Origin: Actinomycetota bacterium
GTDB lineage: Bacteria; Actinomycetota; UBA4738; CALAEC01
Length of the DNA: 30,227 bases
NCBI GenBank assembly: GCA_036396815.1
Contig: DASWKD010000232.1
Span: 1 to 30,227, forward strand
Direction: 5' to 3'
The position numbers and the translations under genes are program-made. Below the pieces are notes generated by a model, which was not told where the DNA came from, did not search any database, and saw only the letters and a list, made by a program, of their open reading frames with translations. This document shows, one piece after another, positions 8,379-16,731 of this stretch (its first letter is position 1; each line of letters begins with the position of its first letter).

Positions 8379-8384
8379 TAGCAT
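8379..8384 (+). promoter_or_regulatory. -10 box TAGCAT, probable leaderless promoter
   Basis: TAGCAT 6 nt upstream of GTG 8391. Confidence 0.6.
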
Positions 8385-8390
8385 GACCGG

Positions 8391-10418
8391 GTGACCAACC
8401 GTCTGGCCGCGGCGACCAGCCCGTACCTCCTCCCGCACGCGGGCAACCCCGTGGACTGGTACGAGTGGGGCTCCGAGGCCCTGGACCGGGCCACGGCCGA
8501 GGACCGGCCCATCCTGCTCTCGGTGGGGTACGCGGCCTGCCACTGGTGCCACGTGATGGAGCGCGAGTCGTTCGAGGACGAAGCGGTTGCCCGGCTGATG
8601 AACGAGGGCTTCGTGTGCATCAAGGTAGACCGGGAGGAGCGGCCGGACGTGGACGCCATCTACATGGACGCCGTCCAGGCCATGACCGGCCACGGCGGGT
8701 GGCCCATGACCGTGTTCCTGACCCCCGACCTCCAGCCGTTCTACGCGGGCACGTACTTCCCTCCCGAGGACCGCCACGGGATGCCGGGGTTCCCCAAGGT
8801 CCTGGAAGCCGTGACCAACGCGTGGGCCAACGAGCGCCACAAGATCCACGAGCAGGGCCGCCGGGTGACCGAGACCATCTCCCGCCGCCTGGCGCCATCG
8901 CCGGAGCCGCTGTCGGAGCGCCTGATCGAGGAGGCCCTGCGGGGCCTCCTGGGCGCCTACGACCGCGCGTGGGGCGGGTTCGGAGGAGCGCCCAAGTTCC
9001 CCCAGGCCATGACGCTGGACTTCCTGCTCCGGGCCCACCTCCGGGGGGAGGACCACGCCCTCCAGATGGCCACCACCACGCTGGCCCGCATGGCCGGGGG
9101 AGGGATCTTCGACCAGGTGGGCGGGGGCTTCCACCGGTACGCCACGGACGAGCGATGGCTGGTCCCCCACTTCGAGAAGATGCTGAACGACAACGCCCTG
9201 CTGGCCCGGACGTACCTCCACGCCTTCCAGGTGACCGGGCGCCGGGAGCTCCGGACGGTGTGCCGAGCCACCCTCGACTACCTCCTGCGGGACCTCCGGC
9301 ACCCCGACGGCGCCTTCTTCTCCGCCGAGGACGCGGACTCCGAGGGCCAGGAGGGCCGCTTCTACGTGTGGTCGTGGGACGACCTGGTGGCCGTGGCCGG
9401 CGAAGAGGCCGCCCGGTGGTTCGGGGCCTCGCCCGAGGGGAACTGGGAGGGCGCGAACATCCTGTGGACGGACGGCGAGCTCCGCGCCGTTCCACGGGAC
9501 GTCGAGGAAGCCCGGGGCACGCTCCTCGAGGCCCGGTCCGGCCGGGTCCGCCCGGCCACCGACGACAAGGTCCTGGCCGCGTGGAACGGCCTGGCCATCC
9601 GAGCCCTGGCCGAGGCCGGCCGGGTCCTGGGGGAGGCCCGGTACGTGGAGGCCGCCGAGCGGGCCGCGTCCTTCGTCCTGGCGGAGCTCCGGGGGCCGGG
9701 CGGCCGCCTCCTCCGGGCCTGGCGCGACGGCCGGACCAGCGGCCCCGGCTACGCCGACGACCACGCGTGCATGGCCGCGGCCTGCCTGACGCTGTACGAG
9801 ACCACCTTCGACCTGCGCTGGTTCCGGGAGGCCCGAGCCCTGGCCGACGACCTGATCCGCCTGTTCGAGGACCCCGAGGACGGGGGGTTCTACCAGACCG
9901 GCTCCGATGCCGAGGCGCTCCTGACCCGGCCCAAGGAGCTGTTCGACAACGCGGTGCCCTCCGGCAATTCGGTGGCCGCCGAGACGCTCCTCCGCTTGGC
10001 CCTGCTGACCGGCGACCCCACCTACGAGCGGAGCGCCGCCGGCGCCCTGCGCGCGGTGGGTGGGGTGCTCCCCCGGGCCCCGACGATGCTGGGGGAGGCG
10101 CTGGGAGCACTCGACCTGTACGTCGGGCCGTCGCGGGAGGTGGCGGTGATCGGCGACCCGAAGGCCGCAGCCCCCCTGGTGGAGCGGGTGTGGGAGGGGT
10201 TCCGACCCAACCTGGTCCTGGCCGCCGCCGCACCGGACGACCGCGGTGCCGCGGAGACCGTGGCCCTCCTGGCCGGCCGGCACGAGGTGGACGGGAAGCC
10301 GGCCGCCTACGTGTGCAGGCGGTTCGCGTGCGAAGCTCCGGTCACCGACCCCGATGCGCTATCGGCCCTCCTCGGCAGGTCCGCCGGCTCGTCGGATCAT
10401 AAACTCGACGGCCGGTGA
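8391..10418 (+). CDS. Thioredoxin domain-containing protein (DUF255/YyaL/SSP411 family)
   Basis: [81 protein letters not shown]. Confidence 0.93.
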   Translation: MTNRLAAATSPYLLPHAGNPVDWYEWGSEALDRATAEDRPILLSVGYAACHWCHVMERESFEDEAVARLMNEGFVCIKVDREERPDVDAIYMDAVQAMTGHGGWPMTVFLTPDLQPFYAGTYFPPEDRHGMPGFPKVLEAVTNAWANERHKIHEQGRRVTETISRRLAPSPEPLSERLIEEALRGLLGAYDRAWGGFGGAPKFPQAMTLDFLLRAHLRGEDHALQMATTTLARMAGGGIFDQVGGGFHRYATDERWLVPHFEKMLNDNALLARTYLHAFQVTGRRELRTVCRATLDYLLRDLRHPDGAFFSAEDADSEGQEGRFYVWSWDDLVAVAGEEAARWFGASPEGNWEGANILWTDGELRAVPRDVEEARGTLLEARSGRVRPATDDKVLAAWNGLAIRALAEAGRVLGEARYVEAAERAASFVLAELRGPGGRLLRAWRDGRTSGPGYADDHACMAAACLTLYETTFDLRWFREARALADDLIRLFEDPEDGGFYQTGSDAEALLTRPKELFDNAVPSGNSVAAETLLRLALLTGDPTYERSAAGALRAVGGVLPRAPTMLGEALGALDLYVGPSREVAVIGDPKAAAPLVERVWEGFRPNLVLAAAAPDDRGAAETVALLAGRHEVDGKPAAYVCRRFACEAPVTDPDALSALLGRSAGSSDHKLDGR

Positions 10419-11378
10419 CATGTTCGCCGGGATGAGCCGCGTCCCCGGGTGACGGGACGCCCACACCCGGAAGAGCTCATCGGCGAAGCCCTGGCCGACC
10501 TCCTCGACGCCCGCGAAGTCGATCTCCACCTCCTCGAATCCCTCGAGGTCCGCACCGATCCGTCTGGCCTCCGATCGGGAGACGAACCGGTCCCCGGTCC
10601 GGAACAGGCGGACGGCCACCCTCGACCGGGAGAACTCGTAGGAGTCCCGGGTGGTATAGCGCTCGAAGACATCCCGAAGGACGCGGGTGGTCGAGGGATC
10701 GAGGGCGCATCGGACCCGTGTCCCCTTGGAGCGGATGCTCTCGGTCACTGCTTCGTCGGCGCGGACGTTGTCCACGATCCATCGCAACCCGTTGGCGTCC
10801 AGCTCGAAGATGTCGACGGCCTTGGAAGTGAAGAAGATCCCCTCTCCCGTGTGCTGTTCCGGAGCCGTGGTCCGCTTCCCTTTGGTCAGCTCGAGCAGCG
10901 CCGTACGCTCGTCACCGAGACCGAGCCGCTGGCGGAGGTGCCTGTAGACGCCGACGCCGTCGTCCACGATCTCGAAAGCTGCCCGGGGTTCGCCGAGCCA
11001 CAGCAGGACTTCCGCCGATGATCCCCCGGAGTGCTCGATCGCGTTGTTCAGCATCTCCGTGAAGGCGTACCCGAGTATCGAGCGGGCGTTTGCCGTGATC
11101 CGTGACGGGAGGCGATCGTGGATCTCGCCCCACACCTCGTCTTCCTCCAGCCCGACCAGGGAGTACCGACGGGCGACATCGACCATGCGCGTATAGCGAG
11201 CGCCTCGTCCCCTGCCGGTGAGCGCCACCTCGCCCGCCGTGGCCAGCTTCCGGAGGTGGTAGTGAGCTGCCTGGCGGGTCACCCCGGCCGCCCGGGCCAC
11301 CTGGCCGCTGGTCACGCTCCCGTGCTGGGTCAGGAGGCGCCGGATCACGTCCCGGACGTCGGCCTTATCGCTACCCAC
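10359..11378 (-). CDS. wHTH - histidine-kinase-like ATPase - STAS-like (DUF4325) protein
   Basis: N-terminal HTH ([24 protein letters not shown]). HATPase boxes [30 protein letters not shown]-terminal FVSRSEARR...[20 protein letters not shown]. The 3' end overlaps the convergent gene by 60 nt. Confidence 0.85.
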   Translation of the reverse strand: MGSDKADVRDVIRRLLTQHGSVTSGQVARAAGVTRQAAHYHLRKLATAGEVALTGRGRGARYTRMVDVARRYSLVGLEEDEVWGEIHDRLPSRITANARSILGYAFTEMLNNAIEHSGGSSAEVLLWLGEPRAAFEIVDDGVGVYRHLRQRLGLGDERTALLELTKGKRTTAPEQHTGEGIFFTSKAVDIFELDANGLRWIVDNVRADEAVTESIRSKGTRVRCALDPSTTRVLRDVFERYTTRDSYEFSRSRVAVRLFRTGDRFVSRSEARRIGADLEGFEEVEIDFAGVEEVGQGFADELFRVWASRHPGTRLIPANMSPAVEFMIRRAGGPAEEGR

Positions 11379-11384
11379 GAAGCC

Positions 11385-11440
11385 ATTTTACCTTTTTACC
11401 TTCCAAGAGGGGGCTCTCTCGGGAAGCGTAAGAAGGTAAA
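11385..11440. promoter_or_regulatory. AT-rich promoter/operator with repeated AGGTAAA boxes
   Basis: Minus-strand TAAAAT (11385-11390) 6 nt before GTG 11378. Tandem TTTTACCT x2 (11386-11393, 11394-11401). Inverted copy GAAGGTAAA at 11432-11440. Confidence 0.6.
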
Positions 11441-11451
11441 GGACCTTTGGC

Positions 11452-11772
11452 TCAGGCCACGGTGCCTGTGAACGGCAGGCCCCGGCCCAGCCAGCGCTCC
11501 AGACCGCCCTCCAGGTTGTAGGCCTCGAAGCCCCGGGCCTTGAGGAGGTGCCGGGCCACCTCGCTGCGCTGGCCCACCGTGCAGTAGGCCACCACGGGCT
11601 TGGTGGGGTCGAGGTCCCCGGCCCCGGCCAGCAGGGCGTTCAGGGGGACGTGGATGGCGCCCTCGATCCGGCCGGCCTCCCACTCATAGGGCTCGCGGAC
11701 GTCCACGAACTGGACATCGTCGCGCCGCTGGTGGGCGGCCTGTGGATCGCTGAGGTCCGGCGTATCGGTCAT
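11452..11772 (-). CDS. Rhodanese-like domain protein
   Basis: VQFVDVREPYEWEAGRIEGAIHVPL, active-site loop YCTVGQRS, NLEGGLERW. Confidence 0.92.
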   Translation of the reverse strand: MTDTPDLSDPQAAHQRRDDVQFVDVREPYEWEAGRIEGAIHVPLNALLAGAGDLDPTKPVVAYCTVGQRSEVARHLLKARGFEAYNLEGGLERWLGRGLPFTGTVA

Positions 11773-11777
11773 CGAGG

Positions 11778-12416
11778 TCAGTGTAGCGCCAGGCCCAGCG
11801 AACGGGAGAGGTCGGACACGGAGCGCTTCGGGTCCTCGTGGACGTATCCCCGCATGCCCAGGGCCTGGGCCGCCTCCACGTTGGGTGGGAAGTCGTCCAC
11901 GAACAGGCAGGCCTCCGGGGGCAGGCTCAGGCGATCCGCGGCCAGCCGGTAGATGTCGGCCAGCGGCTTCCGCAGGCCGACTTGGCCCGAGATGACAACG
12001 GTGTCGAACAGCTCCTCCAGCAGCGATGTGGGGTAGTAGTGCAGGCCCCAGGAGTTCGAGACCAGGGCCGTGCGGACGCCCGCCGCCCGGGCCCGCCGGA
12101 CCAGGTCCACCATCCCTTCCTCGATCCCGATGCCGGCCACCATGCGATCCACCAGCCCCTCATGGGCCACGGGCCGGTCCAGGCCCTCGGACAGGACCTC
12201 GGCCAGACGGCGCTCGAACTCCTCGACCTCCATGCGTCCGGTCTCCACCAGCGACACGAAGTGCTCGGGATCCTGGTCGTGGTACGCGGACTTCAACGCC
12301 TCGCGGAGGCCCGAGGGGTCCACGCCTTCCTCGGCGCAGAAGCGCTCGAAGGCCTCCCCCAGGGGGCCGGTCAGGACGCCGCCGAAGTCGATCAGGAGGC
12401 CCCGGATGTCACCCAC
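11778..12416 (-). CDS. HAD-family hydrolase/phosphatase (ACAD10/epoxide-hydrolase N-terminal-like)
   Basis: Motif I LLIDFGGVL, motif II LVSNSW, motif III LRKP, motif IV FVDDFPPNVEAA. Confidence 0.9.
   Translation of the reverse strand: MGDIRGLLIDFGGVLTGPLGEAFERFCAEEGVDPSGLREALKSAYHDQDPEHFVSLVETGRMEVEEFERRLAEVLSEGLDRPVAHEGLVDRMVAGIGIEEGMVDLVRRARAAGVRTALVSNSWGLHYYPTSLLEELFDTVVISGQVGLRKPLADIYRLAADRLSLPPEACLFVDDFPPNVEAAQALGMRGYVHEDPKRSVSDLSRSLGLALH
11780..11785 (-). promoter_or_regulatory. -10 box TACACT, probable leaderless promoter
   Basis: TACACT 7 nt upstream of ATG 11772, embedded in the end of the upstream HAD gene. Confidence 0.5.
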
Positions 12417-13431
12417 CGCCGGCCACCGCCACGGCCCGGGCGGCCAGGGCGGGCACCGCGGTCTCCATCCGGGCGAAGAAGGGATCGTCGGTGTGACCGG
12501 CCAGGTGCCGGGCGTAGGAGCCCTCCAGGAGGATGGCCAGCTTCCACATGGCCAGCACCCGGAACGGGGTCAGGTCTTGCGCGGCGCGGCCCGTGCGCTC
12601 GCGGTAGCGGTCCAGGAGCTCGGCGCGGGTGGCGAACCCCGGACCGGCGGTGGGCCCGGCCAGACCCAGCTCGTCGTCCGGCTCCCCGGGCTGGTGCCAG
12701 AACGAGAGCATCCACCCGAGGTCGGCCATCGGGTCGCCGACCGTGGACATCTCCCAGTCCAGGATGCCCGCCACCCGGGTGGGATCGGGCGCCAGCATCA
12801 CGTTGTCCAGCTTGTAGTCGCCGTGCACGATGGTAGCCGGGCCCGAGGCCTCGGGCAGGTGCTCGCGGAGCCAGTCGGCGGCGGCCAGGAGGTCGGGCAG
12901 GGGCCTGGTCATGGGGACGGTCAGCTCCAGCTGGCCCCGCCACCGGCGGACCTGCCGGTGGAGGTAGCCGTCGGGCCTGCCCCAGGCCTCCAGGCCGGCC
13001 GCCCACGGGTCCACGGCGTGGAGATCGGCCAGGGCGTCCACCAGCGCCGGCCCGATCGCTGCCGGGTCGAGGCCCGCGGTAACCTCGTCGCGGAGCACGT
13101 GGCCCTCGATCATCTCCATCAGGTGGAACGGCGTGCCGATCACGTCCCGGTCCTGACAGGAGAGCACGGGCCTCGGCGTCGGAACGGGCGTGTCCTTCAG
13201 GGCGTCGAGGACCCGGTGTTCCCGCAGTACGTCGTGGGCCGTCGGGAGGAACGCGCCGGCCGGCGGGCGGCGCAGGACCCACGCATGGCCGGAGCGGCGG
13301 ACGAAGAACGTCTCGTTCGAATGCCCGGCGCGATGCCGCTCCACCTCGAAGGAGCCAGTGCCGGGCAGCCGGTCGTCGAGGTACCGGCCCAGGGCCTCCG
13401 GGTCGAGCAGCCGGGGGGCCGTCTCCGGCAT
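12409..13431 (-). CDS. APH-family phosphotransferase (LvaA / ACAD10-11 kinase-like)
   Basis: 3' part of ORF 12409..13872, start ATG 13431 (TGATG overlap). AGHSNETF, WVLRRPP, AHDVLREHRVL, IVHGDYKLDNVML, ILDWEMSTVGDPMADLGW. Confidence 0.92.
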   Translation of the reverse strand: MPETAPRLLDPEALGRYLDDRLPGTGSFEVERHRAGHSNETFFVRRSGHAWVLRRPPAGAFLPTAHDVLREHRVLDALKDTPVPTPRPVLSCQDRDVIGTPFHLMEMIEGHVLRDEVTAGLDPAAIGPALVDALADLHAVDPWAAGLEAWGRPDGYLHRQVRRWRGQLELTVPMTRPLPDLLAAADWLREHLPEASGPATIVHGDYKLDNVMLAPDPTRVAGILDWEMSTVGDPMADLGWMLSFWHQPGEPDDELGLAGPTAGPGFATRAELLDRYRERTGRAAQDLTPFRVLAMWKLAILLEGSYARHLAGHTDDPFFARMETAVPALAARAVAVAGGG

Positions 13432-14639
13432 CACTCGACGGACCCCGTGGCGGCGCGCGTGCTCCCGTCGCGCTCCGATGCCTTCACCAGAGCCCGGGCG
13501 ATGGCCATGCGGTGGACCTCGGACGGGCCGTCGTAGATCCGGGCTGCGCGCGCGTCGCGGTACGCGGCCTCCAGCGGCGTGTCCGCCGAGTACCCCAGCG
13601 CCCCGTGGACCTGGAGCGCCCGGTCCACGATGTCGCCGAGGGCCTCGGCCACGAACACCTTGACCATGGCCACCTCCTGCCGGTGCTCCAGGCCTCGCTC
13701 CAGCTTCCACGCCGCGTGCAGGACCATGAGCCGGGCCGCGTGCAGCTGGATGGCCGAATCGGCCAGCCCGAAGGCCACGCCCTGGTGCCCGGCCAGCGCG
13801 CGGCCGAACGCCTCCCGGTCCCTGGCCCGGGCCGTGGCCAGGTCCAGAGCCCGCTGGGCCAGCCCGATCCACCGCATGGCGTGTCCCAGCCGGCCGTGGC
13901 CCAGGCGGCCCTGGGCGATGGCGAAGCCGTCACCCGCCGCGCCGACCAGCGCGTCGGCCGGGACCCGGCACCCCTCCAGCCGGATCTCGCAGTGGCCACC
14001 GGGGAGGTGCGTGCCCATGGTGGGAATGTCGCGGATCACCGTCCAGCCAGGCGTGTCCGTGGGGACCAGGAACAGCGAGGCCCGCCGGTGGGGCTCGGCA
14101 CCGGGGTCCGTGACCGTCATGACCAGCGCGAACGCCGCGCCGTCCGCGCCGCTGATGAACCACTTCTCGCCGTCCAGGACCCACCCGTCGCCGTCCCGGC
14201 GGGCCATGGCCCGCAGGAGGGTGGGGTCGGAGCCGGACACCTCCTTCTCGGTCATGGCGAAGCAGGACCGGATGGCGCCGTCGGCCAGCGGCCGGAGGTA
14301 CCGCTCCCGCTGTTCGTCGGTGCCGTGGTCGAGGAGGACGTGCATCGTGCCCTCGTCGGGGGCCATGCAGTTCAGGGCCAGCGAAGCCAGGGCCGAGACG
14401 CCACACGCCTCCTGGACCAGGGCCACACCGGTGGGCTCCAGACCCAGGCCTCCGTATGCCGCGGGGAGGTGCGGGTTCCACAGGCCGGCGGCCCGGGCCA
14501 CCTCGCGCAGGGGGACCAGGTCCCGGTCGGTGACCGGATCACCGATCCCGGGCTCGGCGGGAAGGACGTGGTCCCGGACGAACGCGCGGACGCGGTCGCG
14601 GATCTCTCGGAGGGCGGCGGGGATCGTGAAGTCGATCAT
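13431..14639 (-). CDS. Acyl-CoA dehydrogenase (LvaC / ACAD10-11-like subfamily)
   Basis: LNCMAPDEGTMHVL, IRSCFAMTE..SGSDP, GEKWFISGA, QGRLGHGRLGHAMRWIG, RIYDGPSEVH. GGAGG 8 nt upstream. Confidence 0.93.
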   Translation of the reverse strand: MIDFTIPAALREIRDRVRAFVRDHVLPAEPGIGDPVTDRDLVPLREVARAAGLWNPHLPAAYGGLGLEPTGVALVQEACGVSALASLALNCMAPDEGTMHVLLDHGTDEQRERYLRPLADGAIRSCFAMTEKEVSGSDPTLLRAMARRDGDGWVLDGEKWFISGADGAAFALVMTVTDPGAEPHRRASLFLVPTDTPGWTVIRDIPTMGTHLPGGHCEIRLEGCRVPADALVGAAGDGFAIAQGRLGHGRLGHAMRWIGLAQRALDLATARARDREAFGRALAGHQGVAFGLADSAIQLHAARLMVLHAAWKLERGLEHRQEVAMVKVFVAEALGDIVDRALQVHGALGYSADTPLEAAYRDARAARIYDGPSEVHRMAIARALVKASERDGSTRAATGSVE

Positions 14640-14661
14640 CGACCCATCCTCCCACCCGGGC

Positions 14662-15531
14662 TCACGCCCGGGCCACCACCACCCGGGTCACGTCTGGCCA
14701 GCCGCGCGTACTGCGGACTTCGCGGTACCCGTGGCGCTGGAGCACGCCCTTGACCGGCCGGGCACGATCGGGGCTGACCTCGATCAGGATCCACCCCCCC
14801 GGGCGGAGCCAGTCCCAGCCCTCCTCGACGGTCCGCTCCACCAGGTCCAGGCCGTGCTCGGAGTGGTCGGTCAGGACCTCGACGGGCTCGAACCCCCGGA
14901 TCTCCAGCGGGAGGTCCTCGATCTCGCCCTTGGGCACGTACGGCGGGTGGATGGCGACCACGTCCACGCGCCCCTTCAGCCGGCCGGGGAGCGGGCCGTA
15001 CAGGTCGCCCCGGTAGAAGCGCGCGTTGCGGAGGCCGAGCGCGCGGGCGTTCTCGCGGGCGTGGCGCAGGCCCACGTCCAGGAGGTCGGTGCCGTGCACG
15101 TCCGCGCGAGGGACCTCGTGGGCCACGGCCAGAGCGACGGGCCCGGCGCCGGTGGCCAGGTCCACCAGGACCGGTTTCGCCCGGCGGCGGAGACGGCGAA
15201 CGGCCTGCTCCGCCAGGAACTCGCTGGACTGCCGGGGGACGAACGCCCCGGGTCGCACGATCAGCTCCAGGTCGCGGAAGCGCGCGTAGCCCAGGATGTG
15301 GGCCATCGGCTCGCCCCCGGCCCTCCGGCGGACCAGGGCCCGGAACCGGGCCGCCCGCCGGGCATCCACGCTCTCGTCCGGATCCAGGTCGTCGGGGTCG
15401 TCCAGGCCCAGGACGTGGGCCAGCAGGGCCTCGGCCTCGATCGTCCCGCGATCGGCCGGCCACTGGTCGATGGCCGGGGAGCGCGACAGCCGCCGGGCGC
15501 CTTCCTCCACGAGCGTCGATGCTTCGGTCAC
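14662..15531 (-). CDS. PrmC/HemK-like SAM-dependent methyltransferase (divergent, HPPY motif)
   Basis: EAEALLAHVLG, RRAGGEPMAHILGYARFRDL, FVPRQSSE, VDLATGAGPVA, GDLYGPL, AIHPPYVP (canonical NPPY). No prfA neighbour. Confidence 0.85.
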   Translation of the reverse strand: MTEASTLVEEGARRLSRSPAIDQWPADRGTIEAEALLAHVLGLDDPDDLDPDESVDARRAARFRALVRRRAGGEPMAHILGYARFRDLELIVRPGAFVPRQSSEFLAEQAVRRLRRRAKPVLVDLATGAGPVALAVAHEVPRADVHGTDLLDVGLRHARENARALGLRNARFYRGDLYGPLPGRLKGRVDVVAIHPPYVPKGEIEDLPLEIRGFEPVEVLTDHSEHGLDLVERTVEEGWDWLRPGGWILIEVSPDRARPVKGVLQRHGYREVRSTRGWPDVTRVVVARA

Positions 15532-15578
15532 GAGGTCGTATCCTTCTACACGTCATGCCATCCAGGCGAATCCGACCC

Positions 15579-15914
15579 GTGCCCGCGCAGGAGGCCGAAG
15601 CCCTCAAGGCCGTCCGGATGATGACCGACCGCGTCCTGGTCAAGCGGCCCGAGGAGGACGCCGAGCGGAAGTCGAAGGGCGGCCTGCTGATCCCGGCCAC
15701 GGCCAGCAGCGTCGACCGCCGGGGGATGTGGGCCCGGGTGGCCGCCGTGGGGCCCAGCGTGCGCCAGGTGCACGAGGGCGACGAGGTCCTCCTCCTGCCC
15801 GACTCCGGGATCGAGGTCGACATCCGCGGCGAGGAGTTCCTCCTGGTCCGCGAGCGCGAGATCCACGCCGTGGCCTCTGAGCACGAGGACCCCGGCTCCG
15901 GGATCTACCTGTAG
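15579..15914 (+). CDS. groES: GroES/Cpn10-family co-chaperonin (orphan, actinobacterial type)
   Basis: RMMTDRVLVKR..ERKSKGGLLIPATA...VAAVGP...GDEVLL...EVDIRGEEFLLVREREIHAV. Start uncertain (GTG 15579 or ATG 15618/15621). No groEL adjacent. Confidence 0.85.
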   Translation: MPAQEAEALKAVRMMTDRVLVKRPEEDAERKSKGGLLIPATASSVDRRGMWARVAAVGPSVRQVHEGDEVLLLPDSGIEVDIRGEEFLLVREREIHAVASEHEDPGSGIYL

Positions 15915-16708
15915 CCGTCCAGGAACGCGGCCATCCGCTGGACCACGCCGGGGATGTCGCGGAGCAGGGCGTTGGGATCGTCGAACAGGACGAGCTCAGC
16001 GGCCGGGAGCGCCGCGGCCAGCTCCTCGGCCACGCCGGCCGCGTGCACCGGGTCCCCCCGCTGGCCGATCACCAGGCAGGGAGCGCGCACGCCGGCCACC
16101 GCCGATGCGTCGTCCCGCAAGGGCGGGTCGTCCAGCAGCTCCCGGATCGCGTGGGGCATGGCCTCGCGGTTCATGCGGAGGATGACCTCGCGGCGGAGCT
16201 CGCGGGCCGCCGGGAACTCCTCGAACGGTCCCGCGGCCTCCTCCTCGGCCAGCAGGATGTCGGCCACCTCCTCGACCGGGTACCGCTCCAGGAGGTCGGC
16301 CAGATGGAGCAGCTGGGTGTGGGCGGTCATGGACCGTTCCAGGCGGGCGGGCAGGAGGAACACGAGACGCTCGAACCGGTCGGGGACCCGGGTCAGCAGG
16401 CGAAGCGCGGCCCCGCCCCCCAGGGAGATCCCGGCCAGCCCCGTGGCCCCGAAGGCCTCGGCCACCGCGTCCACGTCGGCGGCGAAGTCGTCCATCGAGT
16501 AGTGGCCGGGACCGGGGCGCTCGCTGTCGCCGTGGCCGCGGAAGTCGAACAGGACCTTGGTCCCGGGGAGGAACGGGGCGAAGATGGCCAGGTCGGTCCG
16601 GCTGCCGGTCAGGCCGTGGGCCAGGACCGTGACCGCGGATCCCTCCCCGATCACCTCGGCGGCCAGCTTCACGCCTCGAGACTCCACCCAGGTCTGCACG
16701 GTCGCCAT
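15905..16708 (-). CDS. Alpha/beta-fold hydrolase
   Basis: 3' part of ORF 15905..17185, start ATG 16708. LAHGLTGS, FDFRGHGDS, nucleophile elbow GISLGG. Confidence 0.88.
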   Translation of the reverse strand: MATVQTWVESRGVKLAAEVIGEGSAVTVLAHGLTGSRTDLAIFAPFLPGTKVLFDFRGHGDSERPGPGHYSMDDFAADVDAVAEAFGATGLAGISLGGGAALRLLTRVPDRFERLVFLLPARLERSMTAHTQLLHLADLLERYPVEEVADILLAEEEAAGPFEEFPAARELRREVILRMNREAMPHAIRELLDDPPLRDDASAVAGVRAPCLVIGQRGDPVHAAGVAEELAAALPAAELVLFDDPNALLRDIPGVVQRMAAFLDGYR

Positions 16709-16716
16709 TGGGTGGG

Positions 16717-16722
16717 AGGCTA
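16717..16722 (-). promoter_or_regulatory. -10 box TAGCCT
   Basis: TAGCCT 8 nt upstream of ATG 16708, no SD. Confidence 0.45.
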
Positions 16723-16731
16723 TCCGACCGG

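Noticed and set aside
8085-10283. 732-aa minus-strand ORF
   Set aside because: Antisense to the YyaL-like gene; only the final 77 codons with their own SD are retained.
13579-15621. 680-aa plus-strand ORF and other long R/P/G-rich ORFs in 12000-16000
   Set aside because: Shadow frames of the ACAD, kinase and PrmC genes; composition is typical of off-frame GC-rich DNA.
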